Below are positions 26,601 to 40,100 of a DNA stretch of 64,000 bases, piece after piece. Numbering within the stretch: the stretch's first letter is position 1; the number at the start of each line of letters is the position of its first letter. The notes below the pieces were generated by a model. That model was not told the DNA's origin, did not search any database, and was given only the letters and a program-made list of their open reading frames with translations. Source of the DNA: Phoronis australis (Eukaryota; Animalia; Phoronida); assembly GCA_002633005.1 (NCBI GenBank), contig NMRA01000192.1, forward strand, positions 657,140 through 721,139, written 5' to 3'. Both the position numbers and the translations under genes were made by a program.

Positions 26601-29600
26601 ATCGACCCATTTATTTGGTCTCAATAAGGTACGCGTAGCGAGCAATGAGTTACGTGTTAACTCACTGAACTCACTCACCGCTGAGGAAGGACAAAAATAA
26701 CCTTCAGTAACAAAGTTACTAAAAGATAAAGGACATTTGCGTGTAGTGCTTTAGCTTGCCTTTTCTAATAAATTGATCTTTACCTGAACATGTTTTGCCA
26801 GACGTCAGATATCCTGCTTTGCATCCACATGTTTCGGTTCCATTCATCATGACACACCAGCCGCGTGTCAAGTCACACCCGGCGTTGCCAGTACATTTTA
26901 TTGTTGCTGCAAGGTAGACAGAGCATGAAAATGAAATCATTATGTTGAGAATTCTGACCGCTAGGTGGACAAGAGAAGTCGCCATTTTCCTTAGCGTTAC
27001 GTACACTTCCTCTGTTTTACATGTACTTTAAGATAATTGTCGTAAAATAGGCATAGTCATGATTGGAGCTTAAGAAACGCCATCTGTCGACGACAACTTT
27101 AACAGTCTCACGCCGCTAAGAATTAGTTGTAAGCTACAGTACACCTCTTGATTCTCGTCCGGTCAATACACAGATGAAATGATACACCAAGTTCAACCGG
27201 TGCGTTATGTCTGCGGGCAAGAACGTCCTTCGTTTTAACCGGCGTCTACAGTAAACTACTCACGCAGGCATGACTTTCCGTCAGCTTGCAGGGAGAAGCC
27301 GCCATTGCAAGAACAGTTGTAGGAGCCCGCAGTGTTCGTGCACACCTGGTCACAGTCACTTGCTGGCTGACATTCGTTGATATCTGAAAAAAGATTCCTC
27401 GTATTACATCCACAGACCTTCACAGCTTCTCATGTCATAGTAGATACAAACTGCACTTCTCGGGTTGGCATCGATATCACTTGTGGACACAGAATAGCTG
27501 AGGCGACCAAGAAAGTAGCGTTTGAAATTCTCATCATCAGTTTTGGCTACAACTGTAAAGTTTTAGCTCTCGCCAGTTTTGTTACTGCATTCCAACCACG
27601 ATATGTAAAGATTCAAAATTGCACTGTTTATCTGGATATTTACTCTCATAAAATGGATCTCGTAGCATCCAGACTTTCTGTTCCTATACCAACTTAAGTA
27701 ACAGACAATGCGTTCAGTCGCCATTTTCGAATTACGAAACTGTAGAGATGACCAACCCCAATAATGTGCGAGGCCTTTTCTTCATTTGCTGATCGCTTCT
27801 ACATTCTTATTGATGACGGAAATAGAATCTTGTTACTGTAATGGATATTATGATGCCGATTTTGTGAGAGTAAAAAGCTAAATTCGATTTTTGTTTTAAG
27901 CCAGATAAACAGGGCGTAATACAGCTTTAAGTGCACACAATCTTTTAAGATTGTGTGCACTTAAAAAAAGACACGCTACCTGTTACTTTTATAATGTTCT
28001 TAGCATGTACATTTCAAAGTACTGTATGATGAATAACGAAAATTCTGTTCTTAATTGTCATTTATTTATAGCTCGTACACGAACGCTATATACATGTAGC
28101 CTTGTTCTCAGATCTTAAGAGGAAGTTACACGCGAGATCCCGCAACTCATTTCGAGTTATTTCCATGTATATACTTAGTGTACCAGCTTCATTTACCACA
28201 CATGTATCAATCGCAATCGATCTCACCTTCACAGGATTTGTTGTCTGATTTCAGCAAATAACCACTGTCACAACTGCATGTGTATGAGCCGTCCGTATTT
28301 AGGCAAACTTGAGTGCATATATCCGGGGTCTCGACGCATTCATCTACATCTTTAAAGTAAAGACACGAAATTGTTACCTTAAGACAATGGCGTACTCTAA
28401 ACTGAGTAAGGAACAACATAAGGCCCAGTTAAAAATGGTGAATAGTCTTAAGTCACAGCGTATGTCTAATAAAAGATGTGAGTGGCTTATATCTGTTGAA
28501 AAACTAAATTAGGGGTGACGTCAGGGCTTTGAAAGAACCATGCTCAAAACATTGCACGCCGTGGGTGGCCTGAAATGTATTAGTTTGATCTGAAAAATGG
28601 AGCTAGAGCTCACTTATAAACTGAGCATGGAAGAAGATAAGGTCAGTTTTAAAATGGTAAATAGCCGAAATCAAAGCTTGTTTAGGACAGAAAGCACGGG
28701 TCAAATGCTGCTCTTAAAAATACATACCTAGACATTCATTTCCAACTTTGGTCGTGCCTGAAGGACAGTCACCACACTCAAAAGAGGCGTCCTTGCCCTT
28801 TTCCGGAGGTATAGGATAACACGTGACTCCAGTAGGACAGCCAGTAGGGTTTTCATCACACATGTTAATCTCCGATTCACACAAAGAGCCAGTGTAACCG
28901 GGTTCACAGGCACATGTGTTGATGGCAAACCTGCACGTACAAAAATTCAGAGACGTGACATTAAACTGCTATGAAAACGCCTTCCGTTAAAAACAAGTTT
29001 TTGATTAAAGCTGTTCACATTTACACTGCTCTCGTCTTGATTGATACTCAAATTAAAGATGATTTTTGGGACTGGACAATTGATTAATTGTTATTGCTGG
29101 AGACCAAAGTCAACAAGTGGATTTGTCACGGCGAGTCATTTATGTGCCGAATATACTGTAGCTTCACACAACAAATAAACTGACTGTTCTTTCCGTGTCC
29201 AGAACTCATTTATCATCCGGGTAGGGAACACGTTGTGACCTGTTTTCAAGCGGTAGGTGGGTTGAATCAAAAGTTCGTTTCTTTCTTGGGTTCATAGCAT
29301 GATGTTCACTATACAATCATGTTAATTTGTTTTTCTAGATAAATGAATAGCATGAACTATTACTTTGACTCTCCTTCTGTTTCTTCTACCTCATCCGTGC
29401 AATTTCCGTTCACGCAAGCGCAGTAATGCACTTCCGGTTGGTAGGTAGCCACTGCCTCAGCGCTATCCTGAAATTGGACACAAGGGTATAAATACATAAA
29501 TGGTGTTTGTTGTGCTCACGTTTTGTGCCACTTCACTGATGATTGGAAGCTAGCAGAATTTCACCAGCATCGTTCATTACCTCTCTGTTGAGTAAGGAAT

Positions 29601-32600
29601 ATCGAATAGAACACAGTCAACTTCACACAATGCGCCCAGTCACACAACAGATGAGAACCTGATTTCATGTCGCTGTTTCGTCCGCCGGCAAATATGTTTT
29701 TTCATCACCTTTACTGGTCTTTGAAGGGGGGCGTTATTGTTTAGGGACACTGAGAAAATTACAGTTCACTTACTGTAACACTGATGTTTAATTCCAGTGG
29801 GTTTGTATTCGTCTTTAAGATGGTGATGGTTGCCGTGAGCCCGTTTACTGTTGCGTTGGCTTCACCAATGCCGGTGAAATCCCAAGTTAAAGCATCATTA
29901 TTTTGGTCATATGCCGTGACGACGATACTCTGTTGGACTCCTTTTACTAAGCTAATGGTGTCTGGTCCAGTGATATTTGGAGCAAAATTTTCTGTAAGAA
30001 GATTCTCAACTTAATATCTTTAATAATGCATTCCACAGCTTATAGTGCTAAAACAAAACAGTTTACTGTCAATAATTATTCGCATCGTAAAGCAGTTACA
30101 ATAAACCTCCTAGGAGTACTGTATTGATGCCGAATTAGGAAGACTAGGGAACAAACTAAAGACATCCAACATGGATATAAAGGAAACAAGTAACCACATT
30201 ATAATGGTTCGATGAAAATACATTGCAGGAAACAAATTGGCAATGGCCTGCTGCAATCTCAGAAAATGCTTACCTCTTTAAACCATTTATATTACAACAA
30301 AAAACAGTTCATCTTTTAAGAGGAGTAAGACCTGGCTACTTTTCGTGTTTGGGAATAAATCTTTATGAATGGTGATGAACGGGGTACAAAATCACAATAA
30401 CTCACCAAGGTCTTTCGACGCTGCCTGGTTGCTCTCCTCCTCCTGTTTCGTGGTGTTCCCTATGGCAAGGTTACCAGTCGCTGCCACGTCAAACAGGCAT
30501 TCCTTGTTATCACCGCAGAGATCCTTGGCTTGCTGTTCAAAGGTTGCATTTGGAAACGTGATGTTGTCAGTGAAGATTGGTATGAACGTTTTGTCTGTGA
30601 AGGTCGAGTGGTTTGTACCGTTTCGATATCGGAAGATGTTCAACAGTTTCTCATTCGAGCCGTCGACCTCCCCTAAACATACCAATAATACACCACTTCA
30701 TGTGCTATATGGTCATGATGAGAGGTCGATTACAACTTCCTGTAACGTCAACAGTTCAAGATATTTGGTACCCAGACACGTATTCACTAGAACACAAACG
30801 ACAATATATTTGACGTAGCGGATATCATGCAAGAATTCACTGTACTACTTACATTTCTGACCAAAGTTATGGAATATTTCGGATTCGCTGGAATTCACAG
30901 ACAGGACAGTCCCATCCGGTAGGGTGAAGTCATCACTCGAATTCCCGTTGTACGTCCCCAGGAGTCCCTCTGTACTAATCACGTCTTCCGGAACAAGCGT
31001 GGACACTGACAGCATTCCCTAGACAGGAAAATTTTAAGTATCATGAAGACGTTCTAGGCGGAAACCTTCCACATCTTGCTGCATAAACAATCGTTTAATA
31101 AAAGGATGTTTATCTTCCACTGGTTAACAGGGTGTGGTAATGTGAATTTTGGAACAAACGGACTTTAAATGCAGATAATTGACTTGCTTTTATTTTTCCG
31201 CATGTCGGGTCGTAAGACAGCTCATGTCCTTTATCTACCGTATGCCTGCTTGGTTCGTTCATCTATTAATGTTCATCTTACGGCTTTCTCATCACAGGCT
31301 AACAACTTACATTCGCAGCCGATAACTCCAGAGATACACCTTCGTCTCCAGTCAACAACACGATGCCTTTGTCATTTAGCCGGAACTGGTAAGTTTCGGG
31401 CACGCCATCCAGGGTTTTAGATTCGTTGGAGGCAAGCGTTGATGTGTCCAGTTTGGTGTTGTTATGGTAACAATCAATGCTGTCTTGGTTTTTCACCTCA
31501 CATTGGACAGCGCTCAGATTTCCAACCGCTACGGCCACAGCAATGAAAGCCGAAGCGGACCCACCTTCAAGGATAATGTCCATCACTAAATGATACATAC
31601 ATACACTGGAATATCGATTTTGATTGTTCTAGTCTACTTTACCCGTCCCCACTAGGGTACAGCTTTATAGTTCTGGGAACAAAAGCGCTTACACGGGTGG
31701 CAGAAGGTTTCCGGCTCAATTCCTGTTGCAAATGTAGTGTTTTCAGAAATAAAACATATTCTGAAGCATTTAACTGCCACTGTATCATGTCAGTGGAGAA
31801 ATTTGATGCGCATCATTGGCCTAGCTTAGGTCAAACAATAGTGATATTGAATTGGAAGAATCGTCGGACAGTCACGTGATTTAGGAAAACGTCTTCTCCG
31901 CTCAACATTTCCGCTACGTGATATTTCCAGCATGGACATGTCACATGTTAACGAAATTGTGAAACGTGTGACAAAAGACAATTTCATGTACATGAGTAAT
32001 CAATATCACATCATGACATCTGAGGAAAAGTACATGGTGGAAATTACCGCTTGCTGGCCCCGTTCTCGTTTGAACTCTGTAGCTGGTGTTGGATGAGGTG
32101 ACGATGTTCGACATGACGTATTCTCCCACTCCATTGAAGGTGTACTGATGACCGTCCAAAGTCACTAAGTGAGGATCTCCCCAAAACCACCCTTAAGAAG
32201 AAACGTAGCAATAGTCATTTAATTACATAGCCTCGGTTTCACAGTTTGAGATCACATGGTAACATTTACTTTAAGACACAAGTTAATAAAAAATGCACTA
32301 AGCACATTGGTTTGGTTGTGACAGAAACAAAGAATATACGGCTGCAGCAATGCTGCGAGAGAAAAAATGCCGATAAACAAAACCACAATGTTGGTGACAG
32401 CCACTTACTTCGCCTTGGTGGACGATAGAATAACGAGTCTACCACTGGACGAATTCTGTAGAATCTTCTGCAGAACCTACTCTTCGTCGTCTTTACACAA
32501 CAATAGTCGTGCATTTCTAAGTCGTATGTAGGATTCTTAAAGAGAAAATGGAAGACATTTTAACCTAATTAGAAACAAACTAGTAATGCAGGCCAATTAT

Positions 32601-35600
32601 CCATACGAACTTGGTCTCGCAAATTTTCTTGTCGTGACAAGACTGTATTGCAGTTGTTGTTGAGAACATTCACAACATTTATGGCTTCATAGGCCAGTCT
32701 TAATCTTTTCATAACTTGATCGCTTAAAATCAATTGCGTTTATCTCTCAAATTCAAAAGAATGATTTATCAGATGCTATCTTGACAAGATTTTTTAAATG
32801 TTAAAACATCCGCTTTGATGGGTTTGATTGGGACATTTCTTGATGATACGCTGTGAACGTAGTCGAAGTGCAGTTTTTGCTGGAAGGTTTTGTTTCGTGA
32901 AACAATTATCCCGCTAGGTTATACATTGCATGTGGACGCAGGTGATGAAATTGTTGAACCAAATTACATTTTTACTACTAAACCAAATTACAATAAAAAT
33001 ATTCAGTATGGTGTGAGTATTAATTTGGATATAAATAAAGCGGTCAAACTGCAATTGTGTCCTGTTAAATGTTTTCTCCAAAATATGCAAATTATGTTAG
33101 TCAAATGAACAAAATCAGTTGTGACACTAGCCGCGAGAAAACATGTCTGGCTGCAGACGATTTTCGACACGTGACCAAATAAATTGCACTGGGAGCAGGT
33201 AGGGGAGATTTAATTGTAAGTGTGAAGTATCAAAGACCGTCAAAGAGGAATAAAGTTTACTTAAAGGTAAGGCTGAGCTTGTTGGAATTTCTGGTTTTCA
33301 GTGTATTTTCGCATGAAAAATATCTTCACCTCCTCCTGGCGATTATTGACGGTGAGCAAAATACACATAAGAGCAACCAGTCTTACCCTGAAAGAAAAGT
33401 TAGTGGACCAACTAATATCCTATCGGCCAGGGCGTTCAGTACCTCTGGTTCAATATTACGGCTATGTCTAGAAGATGTGTCTATTTTCGTACAGTTGCTC
33501 AAGACGAATCTTTGCCTGTTCCGTCTGTGGATAGCGTGATACGTCACATGCACAAAGGCTTATGGGAAATCGTTCTGACAAAGCAGACAACTGTACCGAC
33601 TTGTCCTAACAGAACTACCGGAGGCCGTCGAACGTATGCACTGTAGCTTAATGCAGCATCGAGTGTGGAATTCGGAAGAAACGAAAAGGTGCTTTTTCCG
33701 TAGACGCAATACACTAGCTCACGAAAACGCACGATCACGCGAGTCTTCGCGAGAAATTGTGATGCCTTACCGGCAGAGTATGTGACCACATGAGTTCACT
33801 CGCGCGATTCTTGCCTCTAAAATGGACAGACTGATGTGGCATGCTAACGCTAAGTTGGTGATTTTTTTTGTAAATAAAGTCTTGACACGCAAACCAATCT
33901 GCGAGTGTACCATTGGAAGTTGACAAGAGAAAACACATATTAAAACCAGTACTTTCCATGGAATACCCCGTGATAAAATGGCAAATGAAATTCTAACTTA
34001 CATTCATCAGGAACCCGTTCTTGAGAGGGTTGTACCAATACAGTCCTCTACGCCATTGAACGGGGTAACAACACGTGTATTGCCGTCGCCCTCTTCGCAC
34101 GAAACACAGCCTGTCCTCCTCGTAATTCCAAATTATGAAACGGAACCTGTAAAAGTTACTTCCGCAAATGATATCGAGCATGTAGCCATAGATTTCGATT
34201 AAATTCTCGCAAGCATTTAAATCCAACAAATAGTTAAATCAGGAACAACACTGATTAAGTAGATCAGTTTTCGGCCATAGTAGGGTCAAAAACGGACAAT
34301 AACCGCACAAATAAAAAAGTTCATATTGGTTCGACATTTCGCCAATTCATTACTCAATTAACTGATACTGAATTAGCACTCCTTAGCAAAGCGTTAACTT
34401 TCAGTATCCCCATCCATCACATCAATGCCATAGACTCTAAAGCACCGTTCGAATCACTCTACAACAAGATCGCTTCTACCCTAATCACCGACAAGATGAT
34501 GCTCAAACATCGCCTTCGGGAACTGTTATCGCTACATATATGGTAACCGTTAAAACAGTGACCAACTTCAGAATCTCACCCCGGATGAATACCAGTTATT
34601 GTGCGACGGTAAACAAAATAATGGCCCTTTTAATCATGGACTCAGAAATAAAATAATGGCCGGCACGACAATAATAATATATTAAGTGGAAAGTAGCATA
34701 CAAATCGCCCACAGCAACGCACAGTTCGAGATCTACCTCCGTTGTGTATTAGGATGGGACCTTTACCCTCATTTTTCATCGTTTTTGTTACCACGAATCT
34801 ATTCCAAAGGAAGAAATGTTAACACCTTTGTGAAATGAAATCCGGTTGCGTTGTTTTCTCTAAACGTGTGCCTATTTATATTTTCGTTTGCATAGGCCAG
34901 CTGTTGTTCACATAATACCTATCATAACTGAAACTTGTCAAAATATAGCCTATTGACATGCCAACATTGAAGAACTTTTCAAAATGTTTCAATAATATCA
35001 ATTAAAGGCCAACAGGATTAAATGAAAGTGATGCCCTAATTCAAACTACACTGTACACGTATAGACGTTATTGCAGACAGGAGATAAAGATAACGTTGGA
35101 TACCTTCCCCAGTCCCACCAGGCCTGTCTGTTGGTAGTAGGGCAAGCATCTCGAAACCTCAGGTAAACAGGTGGCGCATTCCTTATCATCTTCCGGCAAA
35201 CTTGTTGCGGTTTTAAGTTGGAAGTCTCGTCCATTCTTATCATGTATTCGCCTCGTCTATCTGAATGGTGGCATTTAAAAAGCTTGTCATTGTAGAACGT
35301 TTTTGAAATCTCAGTTAAGATATTTTTATTGTCTTGTAGAGTTAACAATATAACATGACTTATATCAATTTATAATTCTTAATTTAGCAAAAAAAATAAT
35401 TGCAGGCGGTCTGATACACGTTGTACCAGACGTGCGCAGGCCTCACATGTGGGCCCATTGCACTGATCACCTGGAAATATTTTTATGCTTTATTAATATA
35501 TGGTTTAAACCGAGCTGAGGAGCTAGAAATCTGGCTCAAGGGTTTAGCATTGTGACCTGGTGGGACCTGAACCCACAACCTCGAGTAAAGCAAGCGGGCA

Positions 35601-37093
35601 CTTAATCAACCAGGCCACACTGCCTCCTCTCTTAATTTAGCAACAAAGACCTTACTTTTTAATAAAACAAAACCGGTTGAGCTAAATTATTTTTGTCGAA
35701 ATATACTTTGGCACTTCTCAAACACCATTAACTATGAGAAGTTTTAGAAGGTTCTAGAATGTCAAAATTACCCGTGTTTCCGTTAACTTTGCCCAAGTTT
35801 CTCAACTTCTGTGCATTGCCACTTTCAGTTCGTTTCAGACATGTCTGACGTTTCAGTTGTCCAAAGCCGTCACCAACAGATACCCCGACCTCAGGCAAGG
35901 GATACCACCAGTAATCAAGTTTGTACTGCTGTTCAGACACTAGAGAATTATAACATGGATATAATTAAAACATACAACTTATAATTTCACTTGTATTCTT
36001 TATTTTTTCTAACGGAGGGCAAAAGGGGACATGCGTAGAGAACACTGTACACCTACAAGAGTCCCAGCGACAAGACTGATGCCTAAGAAGGTTCAAAAAC
36101 CAATTTTATACAAGTGGCAGCGTGATCACATTACATCAGCTCAGTGGTTAAGTCACGCAGTTACCATTTGTATGGTTTACTAAGGACAGACGGCCAATTA
36201 TGTCGCAGCAGTTTTTTATTTGTTAGAAATCTTACCTCTGTAAATCCAATTTATACCATTAGACGGATAGTTATACTTCACGAAACTATAAGTCTCATCC
36301 GTCATAACCACAGCTTGAAAACTGTTGCCCTGTAAAGAAAATGTGCTTTTTGATTTACGCCCAATTAAAACTCTTCTTCAAAAAATGCACATCCATAGCA
36401 TTATAGCAATGTGTAAATTTTTTTACGTTTGCGAGGTCGTCGGCAATTTCATCTCAAACATAATTTTCGACAGCGGAAAATGAATAAGCTAATAAAACGC
36501 CGGTAAAGCCGGATTTCGCGCCTTTCCCTTGTACATGTACTTTCACTGAGAACACTGTTCGTTGAAGACTGAATCAACGTAACTCAAACTTTAAGTCTTG
36601 CAGCATAACGTTCAACCCAATAAACTTTTTGGAAACGATGAGGAAAAAGCGGTCAAAATTTATCAGTAATTTTATTTAAAACTTTATATAGAGATAGGTT
36701 ATTAAATAGTAAGGGTGTGTATACATGTACTGTACATACGGCCATCCGCCAATGTACCGTATTGGTAAGATTGACTTACCTGGACTCCTTGGAGTCGCTG
36801 TAAACACCTGTCTCTGTACTTTTGGCACCATGAAGATCGACAGGAGGATGAAAAGTACCACCAGTAGCAGTAGCTCACATAAGAAACCATGTTTTCCCAC
36901 GTCACCACCAAAACCCACGTGGGCTTGAAATCTGGCGAGTAAAGTTAAATTGAACCATGTGGGGATGTAATCAGCATTGCTGGGCTTGTTTGAGAGACTA
37001 CAGCAGCCGGTATTTTGTTAATTTGGCAGCTATTGTATATTGATGCACAATTACTAGCCATACGATACGTACATTGATATACATATATATGCG

Positions 37094-37147
<54 letters not shown>

Positions 37148-40100
37148 CAGGCGTGCGTGCGTGCGTGTGTGTACATTGTAGAACTATGTGTTCTACACTA
37201 ATACCATTATAAATTAACATTAAACCCATACCCATGCTTTCTATCAAAGAATACTTTTGATTTTGGTCGCAAACCGTTATAAAACTGGCCTGATCTTGCT
37301 CCTTACTAAGTTTAGAAGTCAACTACGGGCTTCGAAAATTCGCAATACCTACACATTGTATTTGACTGGGCGAATTGTTGAAACCAATTTCACTTGTGAT
37401 AACATGAGTTACAGTCGCAAATATTTTAAGTCTGGTCTGTTGGCCACATCACGTGACCTAATGGATACAACTCTGAAAAGACGTTCGTATGGTTTATAAC
37501 CGTTTCAAAAAATAGTTGAGGATAATTATTAAATGAATAGGCTACATGCATGCATAGATAATAGACAACTATAGTCTATGATGCATGTAAGCTCCCGTAT
37601 ACTTTTTGGGCTTAGATTATTAATCACGTGGAGCGTTAATTGTTTTTAGTTTAGGAATGTTTTGCATATGTAGTAACAATTTCTTGGTAATTTGGGAAAT
37701 AAATTATTTACCAACGTAACTGAAAATTTACTTGCTTCTACCAAGAGGCCGTCATCTTGTGACTACACTAACCTTTGTTCGTAGCAGGGTTGGACCCTTG
37801 TTAGGCTCTAAGGTCATATTGTTAGACTACAGTGTTTGGGCTACGGCGTTCACTTTAATCTGTAGTGACTCTAGTCCGAAATATATACCCAGTTCAAAAC
37901 GACAAAAATGTTATCGACCTTACCATCTGGATAGTCTTTTCCTTCTGTAGTCGACCGCATAAGTTTCACCTCAGACTCGGCTCTTGTCATGATGCCGTCA
38001 CAGGCTGCATCGTTCACCGTCTCATCCGTACACACTTTCACATAGACTTGACTCTGTCTCCTAGTGTCGTTGAGAAAACACAGGGCACGTGGATCGGCAT
38101 AGGTTCGGAAGGGGCTGATGATTCCAATAGTGTTCAGCCACGACCACCAACCACCACACTTGTAGTATGGACCCAACGACCAACGATATCCCAGGTTGAT
38201 GGCGCCGTTGTAACATACCTGAAATTGTATTGTTTACATGAGCGTCATCAGATCGTCCTCGTCCTCACTGCCGCCACCACTATTGTCACCACGCACGTTT
38301 TGTCGTCATCTGTACTTTTGTCTATGTCTCATCACCGTCGTTATCGTTACCTACGTCTCAATCCGCTGCACCATTTCCGTCACCGTCTTTTGATTTATTC
38401 GAGTTGGTGCTATACTTGTGTCAACACCATCATTGAATTTTAAATGTGCACAAAGTTTCCCCTTTTGTCAAATACCTCGGTTGACGTAGCCCAATTACCG
38501 TAATAAATTTCTTTTCATCTCTTCCCTTACTCAGACAATGATTTCATGGCCCGAGAAGATCTGACAGTTTGTTATTGATTTAGACTAGTATCCTTACGGC
38601 TGATTGCCACTGCAGGTTATGTTGAATAACCGTCGCGTGAATTCTAGACATTTTGATGCAACCAATGGAAATTTAAAATGATACTAAACCTTTTGTTATT
38701 TGTTTTTTTCAACCAGTTCTCCTTCAGCCACCTGGTAATGCATCATTGACGTCTCACTTGAGTGAGTGATTAAAACAGGATCCAACTAAAAACTCAAACT
38801 CTTTTCATCACAGATAGGATATCTAGTTCTTGATGAGTGGTCTTTCCCTACATCTCTTAAAGCGTAGTTCACGCTTTCCCGTTTAGCAGAATTTGTAAAG
38901 AATTTTCCAGTTTCGCTAGAAACATTTAAGGGTTGTCATGGGTTACATAACATTATCTTGTTCCAGAGAACTAGATGAGAACGTCACTGTCACCAGGCTT
39001 GGTATGCTCTTAAGATTAATATAACAATGAGTCCAAGATGCTTTGAAAGAATAAATACTTCTTTGAATAAAGTTGTTCTTGCCACCACAAAACAGTTTAT
39101 AGAAGCTGTAAGACAGCGCATCTAATTCCGCCTTACTTTGCTTTGTTCACTTACGTGGGCCTGGTTGTAAGTCTTGCTCTTGATTGGTAGGCCATCTGCG
39201 GGTAGTGCCACCTTGTGGCATCTGGAACTCCAATAGCTGGTGTCATTGCAATTTACCAAACGCTCAGCTCCTTCTTTGAAACCTTTGTATATTGCAGGGT
39301 CGTCTGGAAATAATTTACAACTTCAATAACAGTAAGACGTAAACCACGATAACAATGTTACCGAAGTTTTCAATTCCCTTAATTTCACTGCTAGCGTTGC
39401 GAGTTTCATAAAATACTTCCACGCCCTCTAAAGACTGATTTTGGCTGTACATCTTTTGACACCCTAATCTAGAGTGATTTTCATTTAAAAATGTCTCTTG
39501 AGTGTCAGAATAATTTCCTAATGACATAACGTGCATAACCTAAGCAGGTCTAAAAAGTGGCCTTTTCTCGTGGAAATTTATAGAAACCTGCGCATTAAAG
39601 TTTCTGGCGACTGCCTCCTCGGGGTTTCCACTGAATAAGCAAAATCCGTACGCCAATGGGGGTTGCTAAATTGGCGGTTAGGATCGGAAGTGGCGTCGAT
39701 AGGGAGGAATCTGGACTTTCGGACAGCGTGATGGGCAACTCCCCTCCCCGTCACCGGTAACATTTACCTTCCTAGCGAAAGCGCTTGACATCGGTAACAA
39801 TAAAGATATAAACGTGAACTATAAAGGCACGCGATATCAGTGTCAGTAATTTTGCAGGCAATGGTAAAAGTGTTGGGTCGTACAATTCACATTGCCCTAT
39901 ACTTTGTTGCTGCGCAAATTTTTATACATTTATCCCATAACAAACATATATTGAAACATTTCGTGACTTTTAACCATAGCTTTCGTAGTAGGAATAACAA
40001 TGAATACCTTCAAGGGTAGCAGCCGGAGTGGTTTGATCAGGGGTAGGCGCAGTTGTCGATTCACCAGGTCCCGTGGTGGTCATCTGCGTTGTGGTTGTCG

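Noticed and set aside
35531-35627. Possible tRNA gene
   Set aside because: A and B boxes are present, but the acceptor and anticodon stems are not convincing and it runs into a SINE-like body.
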